Assembly (NCBI GenBank): GCA_029953675.1
Contig: JAMWBK010000009.1
Coordinates: 930,001 to 994,000, forward strand
Length of the DNA: 64,000 nucleotides
Origin: Rhodosorus marinus CCMP1338
Lineage: Eukaryota > Plantae > Rhodophyta
Reading direction: 5' to 3'
In this document: one piece after another, positions 12,498-26,000 of the stretch
Layout: the number at the start of each line of letters is the position of its first letter
Position numbering within the stretch: position 1 is the stretch's first letter
Program-made: the position numbers and the translations under genes
Notes under the pieces: generated by a model
What the model was told of the DNA's origin: nothing
Seen by the model: the letters and a program-made list of their open reading frames with translations, nothing else
The model's database searches: none

Positions 12498-14991
12498 CGC
12501 TCAACTCTCAACTTATCCTCCTTTTGGAAACCCGCGAATGGCAACTCTACTGAACAATGTAGGCGCTAGCCCCTTTCGGAAGATGATCACGATGTTGATT
12601 ATCCCAGGATAACGAGGAGGCGTGCGCTAACAACTGAAACTGAAGCGAGGAGTGTTTCCGTGACTAAAAACAAAGCATTGACTCATCCCTGGCTCTTCCG
12701 CAAGTCTATCAAAGCACCCGATTGCCAGGGAAACGAACCTGCGTCGCGGCCTTGGTTGTATTTATCAGCAGCGGGGCGAACACAGCTTGAATGTCGCTGT
12801 TCTTCCTAAAACAGAAAGACGCACGGAGAGCAGGTTGACCAAGGTGTAAAAACAAGTAATCCCCTTCCGTGTGGCTGAGGTTGCAAAGCGATGCGCTCGC
12901 AAAATAGGAAACACAATCTTCCACCTCCTACTACCCCGCGCTTTCACCCGTGTTGACGCTCATATGAACAGCACTAACGCTGGTCCAGGTCAACCCCCAG
13001 CTATCCAAAACTTCCCGCAAGAACCTGAAAAAACAGAACTTTTCCAACCCGTGCAACGGTACAGGCCAAATAAACAAACAGACCCTAAAACCCCAAACCA
13101 CAGAAATTCAACCCTTCCTTCCTCAAAAACGTAAAATCCCTACAGATCAAAAACATACCTAACCAGAAAAAAAAAAAAACACCTGGGAAACTAACCCGCG
13201 CGACCCTCTCCAGCCGCAGGAGCTCAGCAAAACGCAGTACCCGCAGTTGCAGTTATTTGCAACTGCGTTTTTTGCCCATGTCCCCTTTCAGAGCCTACCA
13301 GCGACTCCAAACCACCCAAAACATGCTCGTTTTTCGATCGATCCTACCCAAGTCCTACCCTCTCCGCTCCACCCGAAAAACCTCATCAATAATGCAATCC
13401 TCAGGAAACAAAAAAAAAACCGCAAACTCCTATTTCCCAGTCCACTATCCCCTTCCAACGACAACCCCAATCCACCACCGAACACCCTCATTGATCGATC
13501 CAACCACACACACACACCCTCTTCCCGGGCGAACCATTGCTCTCCTCGAGAAGCGGCCGTCAAAATGCACTCCTCAGAATACAAAACCTCAACTCCTAAT
13601 AACCAGTCCAATGTCCCTTTCCCCTTCACCACCCATATCAAGGCCAAACAAAGTAAACCTGAATCCACCCAAGCCTGCTGGACAATCGATCCTCGCCAAC
13701 AAGAATTTGACACATGAAAACCCTAATCCATAAACTAAAACTAAACAGGACACATAATAAAAGGATCAATCAATATTATACACACTGCGTTTATTTGTAT
13801 ATAATTCAAATCTTAAAGGATATTTTCAATCAATATATATAATGATAATGATTATTTTATGTCCTGTCGTGGAGACTTTGGGTCTCCGTGGTGATTTATC
13901 ATCAAAAACGGAGAATAATATTGGATTATTTGGTATAGGATATTATGGATTTATTTTATATTTTTATAATGAGAAGATATCTTGTCTCCAACTTGATAGA
14001 TCTTTTGTTTTTCTTCTGGTAAATTCGGTTTAGGTTTTTATTTTATTTATTTACTGATTTTTTTGTCTTTCGCCTGGGGAAAAAGGAAAAAGAAAAGGAC
14101 GAGAAATGTTGAGAGGCAAAAAAAGAGGGGGTCGGGGGAAGGATGAGGAGGGGTTCGTTGGAGCTGGAGAAATTATGTTTTAGATATAAAATCGTGGATT
14201 TGGATCTTCCACTGGTTGATTTCCGTTCCACCCCCTGGTATCATGCTTACACCTTGACTTTTTTGGTTTTAAATAGATCAGAAAATGTGTACATATAGAA
14301 CAATATGACAATTTATTTTCTAATAATGACAATATTGCTTCTTTTTTAAAGATTTATGTTCTAGATGTACACCTTCCAAATACCCAAACAAAAAAAGCTT
14401 GTTCCACCCCGGTTGTACGATACTTTTCCCCTCAGATGTAAAATTAATAACAATTCATGAAAACAAGGTCCGCAGCTCCCGAGGACAAACAACTCTGGTC
14501 CTGATCTTTAATATATTACACAATACACACATATAGAGCAATCCACTAATTTTATTTCCTAAAATCATCAACTCTCGTCGATTAAATTCTAAAAATTCCA
14601 GATGTAGAACTTTCCCCCACCAAAAAAAGTAATTTTGTAGTCTACAACCGCACACGAGGGAAGGGGTTTGGGGGGGATGCTTTTTTTTTCTATGTGTGGA
14701 CGACCAATAGGGCTACTGACGTTTTTCGGTATATTCATATTAATTCCTTTTGTGTCAATAGCGAGGAACTGCTTTGCCCCTCTGCTCTGCTTTTTAGGGG
14801 GAGGGGGAGTTTTTTTTTCTTGACTACCAAAATTTTGGCGTTGTTTGGCAGTAGTTCCTGTTTTTCTTGAGGGTAGAGTGGGATAGGCGGTGTGGGGTAA
14901 GAGTCCGGGAGAGGGTTAGGGTTAAGTTGTGGGTATGTCGGGAAGAGCTTAGGGTAGGTTGTGAGTAAGTGCCTATGCAGGGAGAATGTGC

Positions 14992-14995
<4 letters not shown>

Positions 14996-15033
<38 letters not shown>
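14996..15033. repeat. (AT)n microsatellite, ~19 units
   Basis: Perfect AT dinucleotide run visible directly. Confidence 0.95.
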
Positions 15034-15037
<4 letters not shown>

Positions 15038-15288
15038 TGGGGGAGAGGGAAGCTGTACTCTTGATAATGTGAATGTACGAAATCGTTTCGTGTTGCGAAG
15101 ATCAGCTTGCTGGCAGACAGAGATCTAGAAGGGGATTGTGACGGAGTTGGGGAGCGGATGGGTTGGTGAGAGGGTTTTGGTGTTTTGTTTTTTTCTTGTG
15201 GATTCTTCGTCGGGAGTTTTGGGGTGCTTTCGGTCGGGGTTGGCTCTTTTTGGGGAGGTGTGGGGAGGGAGGAGAAGAGTTTTGAAAA

Positions 15289-16684
15289 ATGTTTGGGCTT
15301 CTCGTAGATTTTAGATCGTACGCGCTTAGCCTTGTGGCTCTGTTCTGTCACGGGTTGTTCGCGGCGCTTGCGCTAGGGGTTGATTTGTACAGGTGGAGGA
15401 GAAAGAAAAGGCATGAGCTCGAGCTGAAAGATAGCAAGGCTGGAATTTGGGAGGTGGATCGGGTGGACGATCATCCTAGGGGAGTTATCATCAGAACTCC
15501 GAGGACACCGAAGAGGATGCGACTGTTGAGCATTGACTCAACAAGCAACTTGGAGGAGAACCTGCTCGATGAGCTGGATACTACAGACGAAGGCGCTGTG
15601 CTGCTGCTGAAGTCGTTTTTGAAGGAGCGCGAGATAGAAGATAACGAAGATTCGGTTACGAATTCGGAAGGCCTTGATTCGAATGGCAAAGCACGTGATA
15701 TCGGCGTAGATCAGGAGGAAGAGCGGCTAGCTGAAATAAGACGGAGCGCAGAGCTCGAGGCTGCTGAGTTGATTGAAGGAGACGTAATTGTCGCCAACGA
15801 GAGGGAAATACTTAGCAGCATTATCTCCTCCCTGCGAAATGGGGACGACAACAAGGAAGAGCAAAGCCTCCCCAGCCATGGGTTTGATGAAGTGACCGGC
15901 AAGTTTGAGGTGGTCGAAATCCGAGGGCCGCAGCGCTTCATAGAACTGCACACTTTTTCCAACGCTGTCCTAAGCTTCACTCTAGCGTTAAACGCTCTCG
16001 GTGGTTGGTTGCCGATAAACAGTTTTGTGCAGAATGATATCATCAACAATGTTCGAGTAAGGTCACAATTCTCGTAGATGCGCGTGCTGTAGGAAAAAGA
16101 TGCTTCGTTGCGAGGCTCTTACGTTGTCGTCTATTATGGCTATTCGCAGAAAACAAATCTTGCCTGTAAGCGAGTGAACGCAGCAACCCTGCAGGAGATG
16201 GTTGCCGAGGAAATGGCGAAGGGGGTTGAATGGAGTGGCTCAGGAAGGGAAGCGCTCTTATGGCTCAAAAGGTATAAATGCGAAAAAATGACCATCATAT
16301 CTTCCCCTCCCTCCACAATGCGTTGAAATTCTGTGTTTCTCCTTGGTGATCTTCACTGTCGCCGAATGCAGGACGTTACAGTTCTCTCGACGCGTGCTGG
16401 TATACTGTGTAAAGTTCCCCGATGTTTCATTGCAAGACGACATTCAGCGGTCCTACCGCGAAGCGCTAGCCCCATGTCACAATTGGGCAGTGCGCCCAAT
16501 CTTCGGACTTTGCTTGAGAGCTATGCCGAGTCGTGAGACCTTTTTGGAGCGCTTGGGTCCGAGCAAGGGAGAAACATTGGGCGAAATTGACGCGTTCCTT
16601 GCATGCTTCAATCCCATTGTGGCCTCAATTGTAACTTATTTTAATGAGGCTGGTTTGGAGGACAGGACACATTTGGAGATCTAA
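15289..16684 (+). CDS. GLTP: Glycolipid transfer protein (GLTP-fold) with long N-terminal extension including a hydrophobic anchor, 3 exons
   Basis: C-terminal domain reads VQNDIINNVR|KTNL...SGREALLWLKR|TLQF...YREALAPCHNWAVRPIFGLCLRAMPSRETFL, matching the GLTP D-x3-N-x2-K, LxWLKR and HxW motifs. Introns ~16059-16147 and ~16273-16371. Confidence 0.88.
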
Positions 16685-17071
16685 GGCATGGGCTCTATTG
16701 CTGCTCATTCAACTGACTGCGCGGGTAATAATGTCTTGGAATTGATAGTCTATGGGACCCTGACGAGGGGCGTGCAAGTTTTGAGAGTTGTTTCTTCGGA
16801 GCACTTGGGTCGCACCGGGATGAGCTCATCTACGCGAGCAGGACATTTTGTGGAAGAGCGTTGCATGTGACGGCAGCGAAACCTTTTTTGCAACTCAAAG
16901 GGAGGAAGACCAATATTAGTTCATGAGGGAGAAAAAAATTTTAACTAACGTAATAAACACAGAGTTTTGGACATGACAATACGGCATTGGTCTGGGCGAG
17001 TTCTGTACAGGGGCGATTCACTGCCGTCAGGAGTCGTCCAAGCAGTGCGCAGGCGGAAGGTGCGTGCGAAG

Positions 17072-20000
17072 TCATTCACCCTGAAGCGGAGGGAGAAGCA
17101 TTGGGACAAAAGTTTTGGACGCGTCTGGGATTGTGTCCACGAGTTCCTCTAGCCGACGGAGCCGCGACTCTGCAAGAAGGACCCATAGTTCCTCATCCTT
17201 GTCTTCAATCTCGTCGAGAAGCGATCTAATTGTTCGGTGCAGATCTGCGACTCTCTTAGCGTTGATCGCCTGGCAGCTACGAGCGAACATCGAGGACGAG
17301 CGCATTAGCACATCTGTTAAAAGAAGAGCTCTAGATGCTTTGGAAAATTCCAAGCTGGCGGCCTGAACAGCCTTGTCTAGACATTCTTGAACCAATTGAT
17401 AGTCAGGGCACGGTCCGGAGATGAACATCTCTGCAGCGCTGCAGAGCGCCATAGACTGGTCCGCAAAAGTCAGAAGCCTGAGTAACAGAAACATGTCGAA
17501 TAGGACAGACAGGATTAGGCCACGGCGTTATAGCTCTATCGAGGGCTTCTGCATTGGGTTCCTACCGGCCACAGTGCTTCATCAGAGTGGAGGAGATAGA
17601 CGCATAGTTCTCACGTTCAAGATTCTTCCCACAGCCTATGCAAGCTCCCATCAACCCCAGAAGCAGAGCCAAACGATCCCTTGAGCTCACTAGCCCGTTC
17701 TCGTACAGAGCCAGCGCTCGTCGAAGGGTGATGGATGTTATGCTGTCTCCAGCCAGCTCACAAGCTGCAGACGCTTCAGCGATCATCGAGTACAACTGAA
17801 GCGCCAGACGCGGATCAACGTCTCCCAGAGGTTCAACCACAGCAGAGGCTAGCATCATGCAGCCCTCCGCAAAGCCGGAGCCAATGACACTTGTTCGCAC
17901 TAGCGCAAGACGTGTTAAACAGAAAACTAAGGGGGGGAGAGTGACCGTGGCCCGGCTGCTTCCGCCTTTATCGAGCTCTGCCTTAAGAAGCTCGATCAGA
18001 TGCAGTTGCTCAATCGCACTCTCGGCATCTAGAAGGAAAACTAGTCGAGCAATTTGTGGCTGCACTTTCTCGATCACGTCGATTTCATGAGTTGATTCCC
18101 TTGACGAAGTTGCAACCGCATCCTCGCTAGACGTCCCACCGTCAACGTTTTCGCTGTGGCTAAATTGTTCCTCGCTCAGAGCGCCTGCGTCGTAGTCTTC
18201 TGGTTCCTTCAGAAGTGGAGAGAAAAACAAGTGTCGAAATGGAAGCTCCAGTCCACCTCCGCTGCTCATCCCGGTTAGCTCCGGCAGCTCGATCAAGCAG
18301 CTCATAACGGAAATCAAGCTGTCAAACTCTTCATCAGTTCTTACACAGGGGGCGAACGACCTGGTGACTTCGAGCAACTGAACTCCCAATTCAATCTGAG
18401 AAGTCCGGGAGAGGAAAGACGGGAGCTCACTAAAGCTCTCCACAGTTGTAACAATAGATATGTTCCCCCAGTGATCGACAACCTCCGCTAGCAGCCCCTT
18501 CAGAACCCGCTCAGCTTCGAGATCGCACCTTACGCGTCCCTCTGTGCTTTTGCCGCTGGAGGAATCAGTGCTCTCATAGCCAAAGTCGGTTCCGTAGCTC
18601 TCCTCATCTTCGCTCTCCTTCCACATGTTGAGGATGCCTGTTCTACAGAGTGAAAGAACCTCACCAAATCGTGCCGAATCGCGTGGATGGACCTGCGAAT
18701 CGACGTAGTATTCGTTTTTCAGTTTTCACTCTTCCGCAAGCGGGACAGAAACTTGTACGGATACTTTTGCCAGGTTCTTGGGTGTATTTTCGCACACGCC
18801 TACCAGAATTGTAAAACGAACAAAACGCTCAAAGACGGATAAAATCTCCGGAAGATGATAGTCGTAGGACCGTGGCGAGGTCAGCTTGTCTAAGTGCTTC
18901 TTTAGCACGTCAAAAGCTTGGGCATAAACGCCCATCACCAGTTCGCCAGAGCTGACATGTTTGGGAAGTTCAACAACGCGATCCATGAATACTCTGAGCA
19001 GGGCCATTGTATCGGTTTCCGTATGGAGTGCAAAAAGGAACTGGAACGTTTCATCAAGCACTTGTACATGGCACTTGCTGCTAATCGATTCAAGAACCAT
19101 CATCGTCAGACTCTGCTGCCTTCGTGGAGAGTCGTACGCGAGTATTCCAGAAACTAGCGAGGGAAAGACTTGCGCTGTATAGATGCCATCCTCAAGCTCT
19201 GGAAGAAGGGCAAGTACGTCTACAACCAGACGGAACATTGGAAGGAGGACACCGTCTGACTCATCGTCGCGTGGAATTCTCTTCTCCAAGATCAACATCT
19301 CGTTGAAACAGGTCAGGACAAGCCGCGTGAGTTCCTTATGGCGATCACCTCCGCGGTTTGTTTTCGGAGATGCCGGGGGGCCTGCGGACGAAAATTCCTG
19401 GGAAGTCGCATTGACCAATTGTGCTCTGGTTTGCAAACAATTTTGAAACAATTTGGCCATCCACCATCTCAGAAAGAACCCGCGTATAGGATGCTGAACA
19501 CCCGCGGCGTATTTCAAGTACTCTGTGAACACTGCGATTCGGCCCCTCTCTTGCACGTGGGAGCAGAGCACTAAGTACAGGCAATAAAGACGAGATTGAA
19601 GACACTCCAAACACAGTACCTTCCTCGTCAAGCCTTCCAACGAAGCTTCGTGTTTCAAAAGCGAGCGCATCGCAGGCTCCGCATAGAGCTCAAGACCTGC
19701 AGAGACGAATTCATGAAGTGTAAAGTACGACTTGACGGAAAATCCACTCGTTTCTTCCGCGGCAAGCTGCCCTGCGATGTCACTGAGCTTCCTGATAAAC
19801 AGGTCCAGCTTATCCTCATCATCATGGTCCCTTGAAAGGCTCTCAGCGGCAGGTTTGAGATCATCCAGCATACGCTCAGCCGAACGTAGTCTCTTACACA
19901 GCGCCTTTTCCTCTTCATATGGGCTCAGACTAACGCCGGCGGCGGCACTCGACATGCCATGAGATATTTCTAGTCCAACTTCCCCCCTGGGATTGTCGTT

Positions 20001-20084
20001 CACGAAAGAATCAGCTCCCCTGTCATCACCGTGGGAATCAAACATTCCAGAAAGAGTCGTTCCGATCGCATCGAAGATAGCCAT
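17072..20084 (-). CDS. VPS35: Vacuolar protein sorting 35 (retromer VPS35-family), divergent, 3 exons
   Basis: SRLYCL in place of PRLYL, then QHPIRGFFLRWW, LVLTCFNEMLILEKRI, TLPPLVF, and C-terminal CGR|LLTFADQSMALC...VQECLDKA, in the order found in Vps35. Introns ~18774-18692 and ~17570-17483. Probable ATG at 20084. Confidence 0.82.
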
Positions 20085-23000
20085 TTGCAAGAAAAAAAAG
20101 TCGAGTTGCTTAACCAGAAGCTCAGGCCAACCGCCGCAAGCAACAAACGTGATGTTCACGGCATAATGGCAGGGCTCTGCATGTCCGCTGAGCCGTTCCG
20201 TCGGAGAACCCCAACACGACCGTGCGTAGTCTCCTAGGAAGAAGCAAATCAGAGATGGTCTAGGTCATCAAGTCCGATCCTCTCCAAAGCACACTAAGTG
20301 TGCTCCCCCTCCGGAATCCACTTGAACCCGTAGAAAACTTGCGCCCCAAAAAGTGCCTTTACGTTGATTTCACTAGTACACTCGGTGGAGTTAGTACACG
20401 GATTCGTAATGAGAGGTATGAAGGTTTCTAGGTGGTGCGATTGGAAGCGGCGATGGTTTCAACTTTTGAGACTTTACGTCAAGTATGCCAGAAACAACGC
20501 CTGCCGAGTGTTCTTGTTAAGTCTGAATCTGAATCTGGATGAAATGAAGTCCGGCAGTAAAGGACGAGCAGCATGGGCAACTTTGATCCTTCTTGGCAGT
20601 GCACGCGCGTCTGAGTGTTCGTACGACCGTCGAACATTTGATGCTTCGATCAGTTTGGAACCTAGAGAGTGTTACAAGTCTATTTTTTGCCCGACGTGAG
20701 AGAGTATTGCCTTCTGGAACACTGGGAATTATCCAGAGCTTTTCCTTCCAACCTGCCGAAGTCGAAAATAGATATACGAAAGAAAAAGAGTGTTGTTCTT
20801 AAGTACGTCGAACGGAGGAGTCGAACACGGGTTGACTATGAGAGGGAGGGCTTGATCCTCCAGTGGTGAACAGTTTCTGAAAATACAATTCTTTAGAGTG
20901 TAAAATTTATGAAATGGAGTTAAGTACACTTTCCGAGAACCAAGCTGATGTTTTTCACTCGCGCCCGGGCCCACCAACTTTTGACCAAACATCTGGAGCT
21001 GAGCTTCGCCTATTTTTGTTCTGAATAGAATCAATATATATTAGAATATGTTTAAGAAAGAGCTTAATGGCACTTTCAACTACGCCTCTCGCGGAGACAC
21101 AATGCTGAGCAATTGCCGTTTCTCTTCCTGCACCTCCGAATTCCGTGTGTGTATGAATTTGTCTTCTGCAGGCAAATGTACTCTAACGACGCGGGCATCT
21201 GAACTCCGACAAACGGAGGAACCAAGAAGATACTGGAAACTGGACCGACGACCAACTTGATCCCCAATGCACTCCCGCAACCAGAGGACGCCAGACCTGT
21301 TCACAAACCCAAAGACTTGACAAAAAAAAATGAGCGAGACAAAAGCGACGCACGGAGGCCGATTGTTTAGTACCCTAGCGTTGGCAAGAGCTTCACGCAT
21401 AGCAATTCTACTTATGGAGGAGCATGTTTATGACAGCGTCACCGCGGCGTCACGGCGAGTCTGGCAGGTAACGATTCGCTCAGTAGACGGGGCAGCCGTG
21501 GGGCGGACATCCCAAAACGTGTTACGAACAGCCCATGCAATACAGATAATGCAAATATAATTAAAGATTATCTAGAAATAAATTGTCAATTTCACAAAAA
21601 ACTTGTTTGAGCCTCCAAAATATTTACTTCTTTCAATCTATTTTAAAGTGAATGATGAAAAATTATGTAGTTGAGCAGGCAGTGTGAGCCTCGCCTGGTT
21701 GTGGTTCAGCCTTCTGAGGGTCGCTAGCCATCGACAAAAGTGCAGTCCCGGACCAGCTAAGGGCTATGTACATACACGCCACCGTGCGGTTCCTTTACCG
21801 GGAATGGCCCCTGATGAGGGCAACTTTTCCGGCCCTTTTCTGGATAGCCCTACAGAAACTTGGCCGGCGCCCTGGGGGGGGGGTTCCAACTTTTTCGTCC
21901 GACCATTGATTTTGCAATGGCTCGAACTGATCTAACAGCTTCGTTGAGTTAGCTCGACTGAAGCGAGGATTGAAGCATAGAAGAACTCGTTCTCACCGCT
22001 CTTTTGCAATCCAAACCAAGTGTGACGATCGCATGGCAGCTTGGAGCGAAGAGAGCCCTTTTTCTCCGGAGTCGTTCGAAGCATGACAGGAATACGCCTG
22101 CGAGGAAACTATTGTAGCAAAGATCCATGGAGTACTCGGGCAAGTATCAGGGCCGTGCGTGGCTTTGAAGATAGTTGTTTCCCCTATTCTAACCAGGCTC
22201 CTCTCCACAGTCTGTTGGTTCAAGAATTTTTGTGACCAGTGCTTGCGGTGTTCGGTTGGTAAATACTGGGCGGCCCTCGAAAACAGGACCCTGTTGGGGA
22301 GTTTACGAGTGCATGAGGAGTGCTTTTCCCGCATTACGACCTCTTTGAGTGTATTTCATAGATAGTTGCAAACAGTCTATGGAACTCTGGCTAGCAGGCT
22401 CAGCTATTTGGGCTAATTCGCAGTAAACGGGGGAATCTTACTAACCCCCCGGCCACAAAACAGATAGGGTAGGGCAGGTATATTCCAAAATCCCTCAAAT
22501 TGTCGTTAAATCGGCTGGGGTTCCACTAATAAGTGTAAAGTGTACACCGCCTACGTCGGGACAAATAAACACGAATCTACTAGGAGACCACCTCAAGTTG
22601 CCTGTCTTGACTGAAGAACTGGTAGACTCCAACTTAAACACAATTGAGGTGATCGCTCATCTTCCTACCCCTCCGCAAAGGTGTTTCCCCTGTTTGCTTC
22701 CATGCGGCAGGCATGTAAGCGTCACGCAGCATCCAGCTTCTTGAAATTGAAGACGGGTATTTTTGCGGGAACCCACTGCGTGAACTCAGACTTCCCCCGG
22801 CTCACAAAAGCAAAGGTTGCTCGGACGCCCAACTTCTCCCATCAAAACTTTTCAATGCGCCAGAACCGGGACGGGGTTGGTCGCTCCCTTCCACTGCATC
22901 CGTGGAAACCATTCATAGACAGAGCTCCATGCCTACATCTCCCCCGTCCTGCTCGCCGAGGTAGTCCCAAGTCTAAACCCGGCAGCTTTCCCCCCCCCCC

Positions 23001-26000
23001 CCAACTGGACTCCCGCCCATAGATTTGCTGCCAGAAAGCCCCACTAAGCGGCATCCATCAATAACTCGCCCGCAGCGTTGGCACAAGGCACGCTTGTTTA
23101 CTTGGGGATCGACTTACTGCACCTTTCACCCCCTGGCAGAACCTCGGCAATTGTGGTGCCCATCTGCTCGCGAGCTGCCCCGCGGTAGAAGGTGCCAGAA
23201 TGCGCCGTCATACTCGGGTCAATCGTCTTCTATATCGCACCTGGCGGCCGACTCGAGGGGCTCAGATAGCCTCTCCCAGTGGTTCAACTGATTGACACCC
23301 GAACTAATGATTCGGAAGCCTCTGTCGGTCCCCGAAGAGTGCTGATCTTCTCGTGGAGGACGGCGACTTTATCCGTAACGCGTACGTAGACTGACTCTTC
23401 CCTGCCCTCTTGGCTCGCGTTATTTCTGTTCTTCGAATCGAGAGCGTGGCGCGGCTGCTCGAATCATGCATCACCACTAGCACGTTGTGTACCAGGAGGC
23501 CCTTTTGAACGCCACCATCCTGCAATAGGCTGTGTCACACCGGTTCGTTCAGCTTGTTATTGAGGTCTTTGGATTCATCGAGAGGCCAGCTGCGAACCTG
23601 GCTTCGGGACTGTTTCTGCAATCGCGATGAGACACACTAGCGTTTGCTCTCTTCGTGGAGCTTCGTGCTGTGGCGTTCTAAAGTGGCCTTGGCCTTAGAG
23701 GTCTGGAATCGTGGTCTATCCTAGCTTTCGCCCTTTCAGGATAGTTGTCCCTGAATAAACGATGATGATGATGGATCCAACTGCCTCCGTCGTCATATTT
23801 TATTGTTGCTGATCCTCTGAGATTGTGGTCTAACGACCGAAGGAAACACTGAAGTCTCCAATACGTAACACTCTCTTACATGACTACAAAACTCTCTCTT
23901 CCCCCTCCCGCCGCCGCCCGCCTAACCCCCTTCTACAATCTCCCGAAAAATTTCGCTTTTGCTTTCAGTCTTCTCGAAAAACCCAAAACGTTTGGCTTCA
24001 ATCCGAATGGCTCCAGCAAAAAAAATACCCTTTTCCTTTTTAGCCGCACTCACTCTCCCTCTCAGTCTGTCTTACTTTCTCAACCAGAAACAAACTCACG
24101 CAAAAGCAGAACACAAAAAAAAAAGTTCATGCATCAGAAAAAAAAACAAACAAAACAACACAACGACAGAAGACTTCGGATCCCCGCGCAAAAATATATG
24201 TATGAATATTGTAAACAAAACCCTTACCCAATTTTGACCAAAACAAAAAAATCAAAAAGTGTTTATTTTTTGAACGAGATCTCTATCAGTGCCTCTCTGG
24301 GAAGTGTACTTTATAGATCGGAGAACAGTTAAAACATAGAATCGACGACCGGATGGCCATTTCTGTGGTGGGAGAGGAGTATTTGTGATGGATGGGGGGG
24401 GGTTGTGTGTGGATCGTGGGTTTCTGCTCAGTCAAGACCAATATCGCAAGTAGTTAGTAGATAACCAATATACAATAGCGTAGACGATTTTATCAATATT
24501 GATTGATATTCGTTTCCGGCGTTGTACGGTGGTGGGCACTACTGGAAGAATTGTGTGGATACTCAGTCAACGGTAGAGCGAGAAACAACAAAAAGAAGAG
24601 GGGGGCGGAGTATGTATATGTGTCAATACCGGGTCGCTGATAAGTTTGAAGGAGAGACGAATTCGGCGAACATCCTTCTGCACTGTTAGCAAATATTTCT
24701 TACTTTTGTAGGAAGTTATCTAAAATTTGACAATTGAGTGAATATTTGAATAATAATTAGCGTACATGTTTCTAGATTTAGAAGAACCGGGTGACTACCG
24801 AGGAGGCACCTTCTTGTTGATAAAGCAAATATTATAGAAAAACAGAAAACTACAGCCGAGGGGAGGGGAAGGAGAACAGAATCGGAAATTATTATTTTCA
24901 TATTAAGATGTTTTTTGATTAACATATTTTAGGATGGCCTCATATAGAATTTATTAGAACGTTTCTTCTTCTTCTTTTTTGGCCCAGCAGATAGATAGAT
25001 TCCATAAACCCTCTGGGTTGAGAATTAGATAGGAAAATAGCAACACAGAAAGTCACAGTGCCGACCCCTCCCATATCATATATGTGATCAGGATTCGCTG
25101 TGAATTTCACTCAATAACCCCTTAGAGAGCGTTACCGAACAACTGGGGACAAAAAGCCGGAGGCGAGGGGGGTGCTGGGGGGTCTCGAGATGCAAAGTCA
25201 GTGCGAATTGGGCCGCCTTTTGAATTGAGCTAGTACGACTCTTTTAGGGTATGCATGTTGCTGATATAGGACAACCTGAGGAGCTTATGCTCCAGGATGG
25301 ACTTGGGATGAGTAGTGTAGTTTGGAACTGTATCCGATATTGTAGATTCTACTTTTGGATAAGTTCAAGACGAGATACGGAAACCCCAGCGGACTTAATG
25401 CTTGGATTTAGGTTTGAAAAGCGGACGGCGCAGCGCCAGCCAGAGTTGTACCGCGAAGTAGAGTGAAGCCTCATTTCAGGGGGGGGAAAGTGCTAGCACC
25501 AAGGATTGGAGCTGGAGAAACGAACCCTCGGAAGGAGTGTTGATACCCTGGGACGGCGAGTGAACCCCGAAGGGCATACAAGCTAGCGAGACCAAGGGTG
25601 ACGCAGTTCCCCCAAGCCTGGCACCCTCGATGAGGACTTTGCCAAAAAGGGGAGCTCGAGGATTTATAGTGCGAGTTGTTGAACCCTTGCATCCGGGCGA
25701 TATTTTCGGCCAAGGCGGAAAATGTGCTGGTGTCAGAGCCCCGGTCAGCGATGTTGGGGTTTGGGTAGTTATATTGGGGGCACTTCGTTGCTCTGCCGAT
25801 TTCGAATATCCTCGACACCAAGTCCAAAATTGGGAAAAGTGCTGGGTCGGATATGAGCCGATTTGAAGTTTGGCTGTGCTGTGCCGAGCACAAGGACTCT
25901 GAATGGTTTGGCGGTCTTTTTGGGGGTGCGAACTTAGAATGCATAGTGTATAGTAAAGGAGCTGTATCCGATATCGTAGATTCTATTTTTGTATACGTTC

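Noticed and set aside
14911-14960. TTAGGG-like hexamers
   Set aside because: Only 2-3 imperfect units inside a G/T-rich tract; expected by chance.
13247-15351. Long ORFs of 141-175 aa in the C/A- and G/T-skewed tracts
   Set aside because: Pro/Thr/His/Lys-rich translations of low-complexity intergenic DNA (one includes the AT microsatellite as IYIYIY); mostly non-ATG starts.
24544-24575. tRNA D-arm-like CTCAGTCAACGGTAGAGCG (a similar string occurs at ~63535)
   Set aside because: No downstream T-arm or acceptor-stem pairing; not a tRNA.
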